IMG/VR virus record: IMGVR_UViG_3300044620_001883
Span: 1-64,000 of that record
Source: a virus
Taxonomy: Duplodnaviria > Caudoviricetes
Reading direction: 5' to 3' (one strand)
DNA length: 64,000 bases
Shown here: in pieces, positions 46,071-55,667 of the stretch
Numbering within the stretch: the first letter of the stretch is position 1
Layout: each line of letters begins with the position of its first letter
Program-made: the position numbers and the translations under genes
The notes under the pieces: generated by a model
Told to the model about the DNA's origin: nothing
Database searches by the model: none
What the model saw: only the letters and a program-made list of their open reading frames with translations

Positions 46071-47558
46071 ATGGCCAAACGCAAAACAACAAAGCCAGCA
46101 AAAGCGACGAAAGTGTGCAACAACACATCCCCGGACACAGCTGTTCCGGAGGTTGCGGAGGACATGACAGTCCCGCGTATCCATAATGCATCACGCAGCA
46201 ACGCAGGCGAATTCGACAGTGTGGCACAGGCGGAAGCAGGGCGGGCCAGGTCCGTGCAGGAGCAATTGTTGGAGATGGCCTCGCGGCGTACTTCCAACCC
46301 ACGCCCAGCGACCTACGCGCAAGCGTCCACAGTAAAGCAAACACAGCTACCACATGTGCATTTTCTGATGCAGTGGCTGACCGACAATTATGGGTACCCG
46401 GGCAGCGGTCTGGTTAATTTCGTGGGAGACACGAGTTGCGGCAAGACCACCAAAATGTTGACCGACGCCGCACACATCATGAAGGAACGCAATGCGCCCC
46501 TGCTGTACATGTCTTGTGAAGGCAAGGACAAGACTATGAGCCGCGATCGCATGCTTCGTTGCATGCACTCTGACCCGGTCATAGCACTCCAGCTGCTCAG
46601 TAATGTGTCTATCGAGTACACCCAGTCTGTGTTGCAGCTAATGCCTCAGATGGTCAATTGGGCCAAGGTTCAACGTGAAGGTTGCGGTAAGGGTAAAAAC
46701 GCCGCGGCAGGTCTGCCTATGTCGATCCCTTTGTTGATTATCGTGGATCCATTCAGCCGCCTCCTGAACGCCGTGGAGTCTGAGGGTAATGTGTCGTGGG
46801 ACAAAGTCGGCAAGGAGCAGCGTACTGAAGTGGGCACTCAGAAGGTGAACTTAGGACACTCCAAGTACGCCCAACACTTTTGCCGTTGGTTGCAATGTTT
46901 TGTGGATGAGTACAACGTGCTGGTGTTCGTTGCCCACAGCCGTAATGCTGATGTCGATTTCGACGGTTCCGCGGCACGGGCTGTGCAGGGTATGTCCGAG
47001 TGGAAGTCCCACCTGATGCGCTACAAGTTCCTGGGCATGAGCGCTTTCGAGAGTCTGGCAGCCTTGACCTTCATCATGACATCCTTAGAGCTTATCAAGG
47101 ATCCATTCGAGAAAAAATTGATCGTGTCCAAAAGGGTGCGCTGTCGTTTGCGCAAACAGTCACACGGAATAGGTGAACGGTTGTGTTCTTGGGAACTGCG
47201 CATGGAGCACAAGAAGTTCGACCTCGATCAGGGAAAGACATATCTGGATCCTCCGATTCACTACAGCGAAGGTTTCTGCGACATGCTGCAGGAGCAAAAA
47301 CTGCTCGGTGTGCGCATCAACGAGGAAGGCCTGGTGTCCGTCGGCGATCTGGGTTTGAAAGGCTTGACCCCGCTGCAAGTGGATCTGCACCTGCATCGCG
47401 ACAAGGCGCTGATCAACAACCTGGGCATTCAGCTGGGTATCAACGGGTACGTGAACCTGGTGGAAGACATTGTGACCTCCGTGAAGGAAACCAGCGATGC
47501 CAAAGTGAAGAAAACCAGCGATGCCAAAGTGAAGAAAACCAGCGATGCCAAAGTCTAA
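46071..47558 (+). CDS. RecA/UvsX-like recombinase
   Basis: GLVNFVGDTSCGKTT (Walker A), YMSCEG, LIIVDPFS (Walker B). Confidence 0.75.
   Translation: MAKRKTTKPAKATKVCNNTSPDTAVPEVAEDMTVPRIHNASRSNAGEFDSVAQAEAGRARSVQEQLLEMASRRTSNPRPATYAQASTVKQTQLPHVHFLMQWLTDNYGYPGSGLVNFVGDTSCGKTTKMLTDAAHIMKERNAPLLYMSCEGKDKTMSRDRMLRCMHSDPVIALQLLSNVSIEYTQSVLQLMPQMVNWAKVQREGCGKGKNAAAGLPMSIPLLIIVDPFSRLLNAVESEGNVSWDKVGKEQRTEVGTQKVNLGHSKYAQHFCRWLQCFVDEYNVLVFVAHSRNADVDFDGSAARAVQGMSEWKSHLMRYKFLGMSAFESLAALTFIMTSLELIKDPFEKKLIVSKRVRCRLRKQSHGIGERLCSWELRMEHKKFDLDQGKTYLDPPIHYSEGFCDMLQEQKLLGVRINEEGLVSVGDLGLKGLTPLQVDLHLHRDKALINNLGIQLGINGYVNLVEDIVTSVKETSDAKVKKTSDAKVKKTSDAKV
47481..47554 (+). repeat. Three tandem 24-nt repeats (VK(E/K)TSDAK) at the recA-like 3' end
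   Basis: GTGAAG(G/A)AAACCAGCGATGCCAAA at 47481, 47505 and 47529. Confidence 0.95.
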
Positions 47559-47985
47559 CAACGAAGCGATCAAAGTCTCCGAGCAACAAACGCTCGGGTG
47601 GTTGTGGCGTGCCTTGAAGCTCTCGGGAAGAGCGCCGAGAGCACTGGATGAATTGACAGAGGCGCATTTTTTGCAGCTTGATGAAGCATACCCGCTCCCG
47701 GTCGGATGGGATCGTGTGTTCATAACCTGTGTGGCGTTTCCGGTGTGCCGTGACATCTGGCAGGACAACGCTGACTCCATTGTTCATGACCTGCTCAGTC
47801 AGGCCCGCGCAGGTGTGTTATTGGTCTCCGATTCGACGGTGGTGCGGAGCGCGGAGAACCTGCACCTGATCTACGGCGACACGCCCCACGTGGATCCTTT
47901 GAGCTTCGACCTGGACACGCCCCCACAATTGGTACATCCCGGCTGGCAGATAGCTTGTGAAAAATTGAAGAGGCATTTTGCATGA
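47545..47985 (+). CDS. Hypothetical protein
   Basis: Start ATG lies within the third repeat copy. Confidence 0.5.
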   Translation: MPKSNNEAIKVSEQQTLGWLWRALKLSGRAPRALDELTEAHFLQLDEAYPLPVGWDRVFITCVAFPVCRDIWQDNADSIVHDLLSQARAGVLLVSDSTVVRSAENLHLIYGDTPHVDPLSFDLDTPPQLVHPGWQIACEKLKRHFA

Positions 47986-48425
47986 TGCGCAGCAGACGAA
48001 ACATCAAGAAATGGTACGAGATACTTTTAGCCGTCGAGGATAACTGGCGGCCGGCGGCTGATGATATTGTGGAGCGAAACTACAGTGCGGCGGAGTTGTG
48101 CGTACCGGCCGCGGAGTTCGGTTCCGGGTCGACCATCTTGGATGTGGCTTTCTACTTCCAGAGCCCAAACTTGGAAGGCATGCGCAGGCAGCTGCGCATG
48201 TTCGATATTTTGCACATGTGTGTTAACACCCAACAAGCCTCGGGCGGTGCCAACTTCAGTGCCATCGACTTCTTGTTGGTTCCGCGCGAAAGACTGCGTG
48301 AGTTTGTGTGCCTGACCGCAGCTGGGCGCTTGCCTTTTGCGGACCCAAACATCCCAGAACTGTGCATGGTTCAACTGGGACGTTCGTTCCAGAAGTCATT
48401 CAGGAAGGAACTGCGCACGGCATGA
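47982..48425 (+). CDS. Hypothetical protein
   Basis: Coupled ORF. Confidence 0.55.
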   Translation: MMRSRRNIKKWYEILLAVEDNWRPAADDIVERNYSAAELCVPAAEFGSGSTILDVAFYFQSPNLEGMRRQLRMFDILHMCVNTQQASGGANFSAIDFLLVPRERLREFVCLTAAGRLPFADPNIPELCMVQLGRSFQKSFRKELRTA

Positions 48426-49027
48426 CACCGTCATTCAGCCAGCCCGCCCTTGTATATTTTTACTCACCCCTTCCAGGTGGGTTGGTTGATTTGACCCAGG
48501 GTTGTATCAACACACCCGTGTTGCCAGGTACTCCTGACGTGGACGTCGTGTGTCAGATCGTTACAGAAGCAGGCATCCACGCACCCTTTGCTGTAGTCGA
48601 TTCGGGCAGGCTGGTACCATCCAGTGCAGGGTTGTCACAGCTGATCGGGATAATAGAAACTGCGTCAACCTCACAGCAATGGTACAGTCCACATGCTCGG
48701 AGTGTGCTAGCGCGGTACGCGCAGTGGGCGCTGTGGCAGGATCAGCTCTTCCGGGAACAGAAGGGGTTACAACCACCCGCGTACTGGCAACCGACATTGA
48801 GTTTCCTGGATCCTGTTCAGGAACTCAACAGCCCCGCCTACATGGCTTTGCAGGACAGGCAGTCCTGGACTGCTGTGAAGGTGTTGCAGCTTTTCCCGTC
48901 TTTACTGCCGGAAGGCGCTGACAGGTCAAAATGGCCGCTGGTCGAACCGTGGGTTGCCGCTATGATCTGGTTCAATCTTGCTAAATTCTTACACACGCAC
49001 TCGAAATGTCCCAACCTCGTTACATAG
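48422..49027 (+). CDS. Hypothetical protein
   Basis: ATG 48422 overlaps the upstream stop. Confidence 0.55.
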   Translation: MTPSFSQPALVYFYSPLPGGLVDLTQGCINTPVLPGTPDVDVVCQIVTEAGIHAPFAVVDSGRLVPSSAGLSQLIGIIETASTSQQWYSPHARSVLARYAQWALWQDQLFREQKGLQPPAYWQPTLSFLDPVQELNSPAYMALQDRQSWTAVKVLQLFPSLLPEGADRSKWPLVEPWVAAMIWFNLAKFLHTHSKCPNLVT

Positions 49028-50682
49028 TACGTAAGCCAGTAATTGATATGGAGCAGTACGCACGCGGAATGCTCAAGCTCCCGGCAGTACTGAAGCGCAT
49101 GGGTTTTCAACGTATGCGCGAAGGGCAGGATGCCGTTGCGGCCAGCCTGATGGCAGGGCGGGACACGATTGGCATCCTCCCGACCGGCACCGGCAAGAGC
49201 GCCTGTTTTATTATCCCGACATTGTGTTTGGGTCTCAAGACGTTGGTGTTCCTGCCCTTGATCAGCTTGATGGCGGACCAGGTGCAGTCCGCGGTAGCCA
49301 AGGGCGCCAGGGTAGGCAGCATTTCGAGCCACAACCCGGCGCTGCATGCCGAGACAGTCCGCGCGTGGTTGCGAGGAGACCTGGATCTGCTGTTCGTGGC
49401 GCCGGAGCGTCTTCGTCGTGATGATTTCATGGCCGCCATGCGGAAGGTGCCTCCGGATATGATCGTCCTCGATGAGGCCCACTGTATCTCCACCTGGTCG
49501 GTCACGTTCCGTCCGGCCTATAAGATCATCGGTGATTTCATCACAGCTTTGCAGCCCAAGATCGTGGCGGCTTTCACGGCCACGTGTCCTGCCCAGGTTG
49601 AGCACGACATCCGTCACGTGATGTGTATTGAGGACGCGCATCTGTCCATGCATTACCCGCGGCGCAGAAACCTGGAACTCAAGTCGGAAGACTGGCAAGG
49701 TGCTGCGCCTTTGGCCTCGCTGTTGACGCAGCAGACCGAGGGTGCTGCGATTGTGTACTGCGCAACCAAACGCCGGACCGAGGAGCTGGCTTTGGAGCTG
49801 CAGAAAATCACGGGGGAGCAGGTGGGGTTCTACCATGGTGGGCTGGCACCCGCGGCGCGCAACTACATCCAGTCGCAGTTCATGACAGGAGAGATACCTT
49901 GGTTGTGTGCGACCAACGCATTCGGGATGGGTATCGACAAGAGCAACATCCGGCTGGTTGTTCATAGAGATATTCCAGGTTCCATTGAGGCGCAGATGCA
50001 GGAGGATGGGCGTGCCGGGCGTGATGGTTTACGCTCCACCTGCCTGACCTACTTCAGTCCGGACTCGGTGCGCACGCAGGAATACCTGATCAACCTCAGC
50101 AGTCCATCCTTCGGCGAAGTGCGACAGGTGCACAAGGCGCTGGTCAAGCATGCGGCAAATCATGATGGTTTGATCTCTCTGTCCTATGAGGACCTCAGCA
50201 AGGCCGCGGGGCTACACGCACCCCGGCTGGCGGCCATCATGAACATTCTTTCCGGTGCACGCGTCACAGACCGTGCAGCCGCGACAGAAAAGATATGCAG
50301 CGTGCGCTTGCGTAACAAAGTGGACAGTCCGGTTGTAACGTCGCTGTTGGAGTTGTTGCAACAGTGTGGCGTGCCTGCGGCCAATGGTTACATCGATGTG
50401 CCAATGTGCACGCTCGTGGAGGAGCTGAATGTACAGGAAAGCACAGTGAAGCGCCGGCTTGGGGATCTGGCCAAGCAGCAAATCATCGACTACATACCAC
50501 CGGACTCGCAGCGTCCGATCAAGCTGATTGGTGACCTCAGTCAAGTTGACGCAGAGCTGGTGGACGAACTGCGTGAAAAGGCCTTCTGGCGACTTAGCCA
50601 AACTGTCGAGTACGCGACGAAGATTCCAGACAGGGACAAGCACAAGTTTGTGGAAGACCAACTAGGCATCATCAGCATCTAA
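49006..50682 (+). CDS. recQ: RecQ-family helicase
   Basis: LPTGTGKSACF, VAPERL, LDEAHCISTWSVTFRPAY, FTAT, ATNAFGMGIDK, QEDGRAGRDG. Confidence 0.93.
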   Translation: MSQPRYIVRKPVIDMEQYARGMLKLPAVLKRMGFQRMREGQDAVAASLMAGRDTIGILPTGTGKSACFIIPTLCLGLKTLVFLPLISLMADQVQSAVAKGARVGSISSHNPALHAETVRAWLRGDLDLLFVAPERLRRDDFMAAMRKVPPDMIVLDEAHCISTWSVTFRPAYKIIGDFITALQPKIVAAFTATCPAQVEHDIRHVMCIEDAHLSMHYPRRRNLELKSEDWQGAAPLASLLTQQTEGAAIVYCATKRRTEELALELQKITGEQVGFYHGGLAPAARNYIQSQFMTGEIPWLCATNAFGMGIDKSNIRLVVHRDIPGSIEAQMQEDGRAGRDGLRSTCLTYFSPDSVRTQEYLINLSSPSFGEVRQVHKALVKHAANHDGLISLSYEDLSKAAGLHAPRLAAIMNILSGARVTDRAAATEKICSVRLRNKVDSPVVTSLLELLQQCGVPAANGYIDVPMCTLVEELNVQESTVKRRLGDLAKQQIIDYIPPDSQRPIKLIGDLSQVDAELVDELREKAFWRLSQTVEYATKIPDRDKHKFVEDQLGIISI

Positions 50683-50687
50683 ACCCC

Positions 50688-51110
50688 ATGGACAACCGCC
50701 TGCTGCAAGAGTACATCGATATTACCAAGAAGCTACCTCCCCCGGTACCCCCGCGCATCGTCACTCTTCTGGACGACGTCAATTTCATGCTTTGCATGTG
50801 TGGTAAGCGAAAGCGCAAGGTGGATATGCCACCGCGCCACAGCGGCGTAGTACGCTTTCATGACAACATCTGCCGGGGTTGCGTGGCCCAGGCCAAAGAC
50901 TGGGCTGCCGTGGTGTGTACACGCTGCAAAGAAGTAGTGGCACGCATGGAGCCGGGCGGTAAGGAGAAAGACGGCTGGACATTCAAAAGGAACGGCATAT
51001 ACCATGTCGTCAACTGTGCCTCTTGCTGTCCCGGATTGGAGTCCGTCGAAATCGTCGAACGCATTCTTTGGCGGCAGAGGAACAATCTACCCATACCCAA
51101 ATCATCATGA
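50688..51110 (+). CDS. Cys-rich zinc-binding protein
   Basis: CMCG, CRGC, CTRC, CASCC. Confidence 0.6.
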   Translation: MDNRLLQEYIDITKKLPPPVPPRIVTLLDDVNFMLCMCGKRKRKVDMPPRHSGVVRFHDNICRGCVAQAKDWAAVVCTRCKEVVARMEPGGKEKDGWTFKRNGIYHVVNCASCCPGLESVEIVERILWRQRNNLPIPKSS

Positions 51111-51670
51111 GTCTGACAAGAAACAATCCAAAGATCTCCCGGCGTGTGCTCATCTACGCCATGGACAAAGCCCTCATTCCCATGAAGGAAGGCACAGACA
51201 AAGTCATCGAGGAGCAGTGCCGCATTATCGGTACGGACCCAACAGGTGTGAATCTCAAATTCCCATGCACGCGGGCCGCCATCGCTCAGGCTGTTGGACG
51301 TAACGACGCCGGTAAACCGACACGCGCGCCGTTCCATTTGCTGCCGGAACACACACGTTTCCTCGTGTGTCTGGATGACGCTGGCCGTGTCGTGCGCACG
51401 GACACCATCAGCGACATCGAGCCCAGCCGTTTGGAGCGTTCCAAGGACGGTACAACCGTCGATGTGCGGGTGGAATCTGACGCACTAGGAACGCTGCGGG
51501 TGGAGAATTATCCGCAGCGCTTTGGTTTCGAAGCCGTGCGTCGGATCGTATCCAGCATGTCTGATGTGGAAGCTTTCAAGGTGGGTGATGCCTTCGGGGC
51601 TGCCACGATCTCGGCCATTGAAGGCAACTTGGTGCGTCTGACGCCCGAGGTGACGGCGGACGAGAGCTGA
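51107..51670 (+). CDS. Hypothetical protein
   Basis: Coupled ORF. Confidence 0.55.
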   Translation: MSLTRNNPKISRRVLIYAMDKALIPMKEGTDKVIEEQCRIIGTDPTGVNLKFPCTRAAIAQAVGRNDAGKPTRAPFHLLPEHTRFLVCLDDAGRVVRTDTISDIEPSRLERSKDGTTVDVRVESDALGTLRVENYPQRFGFEAVRRIVSSMSDVEAFKVGDAFGAATISAIEGNLVRLTPEVTADES

Positions 51671-51705
51671 GTTCGCAATACAGCGACCTTCCACGTTATA
51701 GATAT

Positions 51706-52083
51706 TTGGTGAAGAGATTCATCAACACGGTTGAGACCTGGGTCCGCAAGGGCAGCCAGGTCGCCCTGATCCAACTTGGTTGGATCGGGAAACCCCTCGC
51801 ACTATTGTGCGGGGTGGTTGTTGTAGGCGCACTTATCCTTGGCGGGTGTTCCGCCTTGGTTTGGGTGTTCGCCGACGGGCTGCGTATCCTGCTCGTCACC
51901 TTCGTGGTGGCGTGCATGGTGCCCTGGAATGCCGTCCTGCCTTTGTGCAGCGGTGTCGCAGCCCTTGTAGCGGTGGGAGAGTTGCTACCGACTCTCCTCA
52001 GCATACTGCCCACTTTGGGTAGTGTGTGGGTACTCCTAACGGTGCTGCGGGTCTTTCAGGGCCCGGAAAGGAGGTCAGCATGA
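51706..52083 (+). CDS. Multi-pass membrane protein
   Basis: Three to four hydrophobic segments; holin-like size, but function unsupported. Confidence 0.55.
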   Translation: MVKRFINTVETWVRKGSQVALIQLGWIGKPLALLCGVVVVGALILGGCSALVWVFADGLRILLVTFVVACMVPWNAVLPLCSGVAALVAVGELLPTLLSILPTLGSVWVLLTVLRVFQGPERRSA

Positions 52084-52859
52084 CAAAGCTGGCGTCCCTA
52101 CTAGGAGAGTTTGACGTCGATACATTGTTGGGCGACCCGCCCAGCGATGTACCTGCCGACCAGCCACCACACAATGGTGGGCTAGATCTGAACAGGATCA
52201 CAGGCGGAGGTGGGGATGGGGACGATGTATACCGGGGCCATCATCGGCCCTGCTATCAGTTCATCTACATCATACCTGGGGCAGGAGTGGTACCTCTATG
52301 GCGCCGCAAGTGCCTGAAGGAACTTCTGAGCTGTTGCCTGTTTCAGTTCCAGCAGCAATGGGAGCCCTGTCAGGAGTACCTGGAGATGTGGATGCTAGGG
52401 GTGACAAGTACCGCCAACTCTGAAATGGCATTCATGGTACCGGGCGGGGTGTCCGGGTGGGAGCACAAATCCATCTCAGAGCTCCGACAGCGTCATAGTC
52501 CGGAGCTTTCTGTGGTGACGTTGAAAATGAAGCTCCCACCATCTCCGTGGGAGCTTTGTCCTAACATCCACGTACCCGGCAGGGCCAGGAATGACAGCTG
52601 GGGAGTGCGCACCGTGCCTCTCAGCCAACTTCCCTTGGACGATCATTGGCCGCCCAAGATGGGGACAAGAATCCCATTTACCCCGAGCAGTACCGGCAGA
52701 GGAAAACTGCCAGGTCTGAACCTTACGGACAAGGAATGGGAGTGGGAAGGTGACTGGCGTCCAGGTGCCGGTGCAGTTGTCAATGCCGCGACGATCGGTA
52801 TGCAGGCGGGTGCCTTCTACACGGGTGTGTATGAGGATATGGGCGTAATCCCACGCTGA
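52080..52859 (+). CDS. Hypothetical protein
   Basis: ATG 52080 overlaps the upstream stop. Confidence 0.55.
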   Translation: MTKLASLLGEFDVDTLLGDPPSDVPADQPPHNGGLDLNRITGGGGDGDDVYRGHHRPCYQFIYIIPGAGVVPLWRRKCLKELLSCCLFQFQQQWEPCQEYLEMWMLGVTSTANSEMAFMVPGGVSGWEHKSISELRQRHSPELSVVTLKMKLPPSPWELCPNIHVPGRARNDSWGVRTVPLSQLPLDDHWPPKMGTRIPFTPSSTGRGKLPGLNLTDKEWEWEGDWRPGAGAVVNAATIGMQAGAFYTGVYEDMGVIPR

Positions 52860-52870
52860 CCTCTGAGGTC

Positions 52871-52901
52871 TCCAGCGGTAGGGGTGCACCCTGCCGCTGG
52901 A
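52871..52901. terminator. 13-bp intergenic hairpin upstream of the RNAP fragment
   Basis: TCCAGCGGTAGGG-GTGCA-CCCTGCCGCTGGA (one G-U pair); no clear U-tract. Confidence 0.45.
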
Positions 52902-52931
52902 CATCCCCCATTCTATTAGCTATTGGTAAGC

Positions 52932-54512
52932 ATGCGTGAATTCAAACCAAAAGGTGTGGAGCTGTTTGACCCGGATGATTTCGGGACACAGCGTACTCAT
53001 ATTTTCGACAAGGTACACGACGCGGTGAAAACTTCGTTTCCGCGCAGTTTTGGCGGCGTGCGCATGGAGCTCAAGGACTCGACCTACGAGGGCCCGGAGG
53101 ACTTTTCTCCGGAGGAGCAAAAGCAGGCACTGCTGAACAACAAGTTTTTGGGGCGCCGGCTGCGCGGGACCCTGCAGCTGTTCGACGACAAGACCAACGA
53201 CGTGCTGGACGAACAGCGTGTGACGCTCATGAATGTTCCCTGGTTGTCGCCTCGCGGTACGTTTCTGCACGGCGGTTCAAACTACACAGCCGTGCGTCAG
53301 CTGCGGTTGGTCCCAGGTCCCTATGGGCGTGTCATGAACAACGGCAACACCGAGGTTCATTTCAACGTGCGGCCCGGATCCGGGTCCGGCTACCGGGTCA
53401 TGCTGGAGCCCGAAACGGCGCAGTTTAAGCTCAAGGTTGGGAAACAGTCAGAGGTGCATTTATATTCGGTCCTGAAGGACATGGGCGTCCAGGACGATCA
53501 CATCAAGGGTATGTGGGGGGATGGTACATGGGAACGCAACGCCAAAAAGTACAACCCCAAGGCGTTCCAACAGGCTTACGTCAAGCTGGTGCCCACCCGC
53601 GAACAGCTCCCTGATGCCCCCAGAGTGGATCAAGTCAAACAGCTACGTGCGGCATTTGACCGCTCCCAGATACTGGCAAGCGTGCGGGACCAACACCTGC
53701 CAACCATGGCAGACACCGTCAAGCGCGCGGCCTTGGGTCGTGAGTTGGCGACAACTGACAAGGACTACGAGGATCTCGAAAAGGCTTTCAAGCCAGACTT
53801 CACACCCGAGGATCTGACGGACGTCAAGAACGCCATTTACGGCAAGTCGGGACCGCAGCTGGCGTCCATGAAGCAGTGGCCGGATGCGTGGATTAACAAG
53901 GACGTAGATCCTATGGGCTGGTTGGAATGGTATGACAATTACGCGGGCGGGCGGCGCTCCGAGGACGACGCCAGGCAGATCCAGCGCTGGTTGCGTTTCA
54001 AGCGCCGAGCCGGTGCACAGTATGTACAGAACCCAACGGCACGCCGGGGACACGCTTTGCGGAACTGGGGGATTGATGCGCCGACCCTCCTACCACAGGA
54101 GCGACAGGAGGCTGCCCGCAAGGACATGGACGCGCACAAGGCACAAGCCTGGGGTGACTGGGCCGCGAAAAGGGCCAGCTTGACCCGGCAAGACTTGATC
54201 GCGCTGGCCAGGTATATCAACCAGCAGAGCCAGGCGGCGTTACCTCTTGAGGGCACAGTTGAGGAACTCGAGCAGGCGATCAGCATCTTTCTGACACGCC
54301 CCGATAATCCGGACGCAGGCAATGACGCAATGCTGGCAGCTTCCAGCCTCTTCAAAACGGCGACAATTGCGCACATGATGGCGCGTCACCCGGAAGACTT
54401 CCAGATGGTCTTCGAGGCGGGGGACAACTTGAAGATCAAGTACGCCAACAGCGCCCAGGCCTGCACCGTGGTTGCCACACCCTTCATGGAGGTACTTGGA
54501 TGTCTTATTTGA
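52932..54512 (+). CDS. rpoB: RNA polymerase beta-subunit N-terminal fragment fused to additional domains
   Basis: RRLRGTLQL..TLMNVPWLSPRGTFLHGGSNYTAVRQLRLVPG matches the beta N-terminal PLRV..L/G.IP.MT..GTF.ING..RV.VSQL.RSPG pattern; then an unrelated DPMGWLEWY..GRRSEDDARQIQRW domain. Confidence 0.75.
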   Translation: MREFKPKGVELFDPDDFGTQRTHIFDKVHDAVKTSFPRSFGGVRMELKDSTYEGPEDFSPEEQKQALLNNKFLGRRLRGTLQLFDDKTNDVLDEQRVTLMNVPWLSPRGTFLHGGSNYTAVRQLRLVPGPYGRVMNNGNTEVHFNVRPGSGSGYRVMLEPETAQFKLKVGKQSEVHLYSVLKDMGVQDDHIKGMWGDGTWERNAKKYNPKAFQQAYVKLVPTREQLPDAPRVDQVKQLRAAFDRSQILASVRDQHLPTMADTVKRAALGRELATTDKDYEDLEKAFKPDFTPEDLTDVKNAIYGKSGPQLASMKQWPDAWINKDVDPMGWLEWYDNYAGGRRSEDDARQIQRWLRFKRRAGAQYVQNPTARRGHALRNWGIDAPTLLPQERQEAARKDMDAHKAQAWGDWAAKRASLTRQDLIALARYINQQSQAALPLEGTVEELEQAISIFLTRPDNPDAGNDAMLAASSLFKTATIAHMMARHPEDFQMVFEAGDNLKIKYANSAQACTVVATPFMEVLGCLI

Positions 54513-54982
54513 TTCTGCATCTTCCCCTGCCAGACCGTTATCGCGGAGCCTGGGCTGCCGCGCAGTTAAAGCTTGGGTGCAAGCCGCATGATGCCGACTT
54601 GGATCCCGGCATCCTGCTCGCATTGCTTCCGGCAGGTGTGGATGTGGATGCCCTCCGCGCGGGCTTGCCTGAACGTATCAGCTGTACGCTCGGGGATGTG
54701 GAGCAACAGGCTTCAGCTTCAGGAGCCGCTGTGGTCATCAACGTGACAGGGGAGGTGTTGGAGGTCTGGGAAGATTTGATGACCAGCGGGGCTGAACATC
54801 TCGACAACACTCCCACCCTCACGCTGGCCACCGGCATGTACGACGCGCTGGAAGCTGTGCAGGACATGCTGAGCGGTCAACGTGTGTTCTTTGACACACT
54901 GGACGTGTTGGATCTTGAAACCGGAGAATGCGTGGCAAGTTTTGATTTGAACGGAACGGAGGACACTGACGATGACGACTGA
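54500..54982 (+). CDS. Acidic hypothetical protein between the two RNAP fragments
   Basis: Overlaps both neighbours; ends in DTDDDD. Confidence 0.55.
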   Translation: MSYLILHLPLPDRYRGAWAAAQLKLGCKPHDADLDPGILLALLPAGVDVDALRAGLPERISCTLGDVEQQASASGAAVVINVTGEVLEVWEDLMTSGAEHLDNTPTLTLATGMYDALEAVQDMLSGQRVFFDTLDVLDLETGECVASFDLNGTEDTDDDD

Positions 54983-55622
54983 TCTCGACGTACTTGATAA
55001 TGCTGATATTCCTTCGGCTTCCGACGACCACTATGTACCAGTTGGTGTCGACGGTGTACTGGCTGCAACGCAAAAAGCGCTGGCGATCAATCGCGGCTTG
55101 GCCGAGCAGGACCACCGTGATGGTATTCAGTTCAAGCGCATCATGAACACACCCGACTTGTTGTCTGAGCGTGTACGGTTGGACGCAACCGGCTCCTTGC
55201 GCAAAACACTGGGCTACGCGGCCCGGCACCGATCCTTAAAAGGGTTTATGCCTGGAGCATTGAGCGATCTCGTGACGAAGCACATCACAGCCAGTCAGCT
55301 CGCTTCTCCTTTGGAGGAAATCAACCCGCTCGACGTCGCAAACCAGGCAAGGCGTGTCACGTTATTGGGTCCAGGCGGGGTCAGCAGCGCTGACATGATC
55401 ACAGATTCGATGCAGGCAATTCACCCCTCGATCTTTGGTTTCTTGTCCCCTATTGAAGGTCCTGAATCAGGGTCGGCCGGTGTCGACACCAGGTTGGCCA
55501 ACGGCGTCAAGATCGGGAGCAATGGGCGGCTGTACCAAAAGTTCAGAAATCCCCGCACGGGTGACATTCACTGGTTGTCCCCGGAAGATCTGCGCGGTAA
55601 GGTGATTGGCCTGCCCCGGTGA
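54972..55622 (+). CDS. rpoB: RNA polymerase beta-subunit fork/rifampicin-region fragment
   Basis: SQLASPLEEINPLDVANQARRVTLLGPGGV...IHPSIFGFLSPIEGPESGSAG aligns to E. coli [30 protein letters not shown]...[21 protein letters not shown]. Confidence 0.88.
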   Translation: MTTDLDVLDNADIPSASDDHYVPVGVDGVLAATQKALAINRGLAEQDHRDGIQFKRIMNTPDLLSERVRLDATGSLRKTLGYAARHRSLKGFMPGALSDLVTKHITASQLASPLEEINPLDVANQARRVTLLGPGGVSSADMITDSMQAIHPSIFGFLSPIEGPESGSAGVDTRLANGVKIGSNGRLYQKFRNPRTGDIHWLSPEDLRGKVIGLPR

Positions 55623-55667
55623 ATTTCTTTTTGACAGGCTTCAACTCTCAACGTTCCTTTAAGTACT

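Noticed and set aside
47481-47554. 24-nt repeats as a mini-CRISPR
   Set aside because: Head-to-tail with no spacers, inside a coding region.
51706-52083. Holin assignment
   Set aside because: Only hydrophobicity supports it; no endolysin or spanin nearby.
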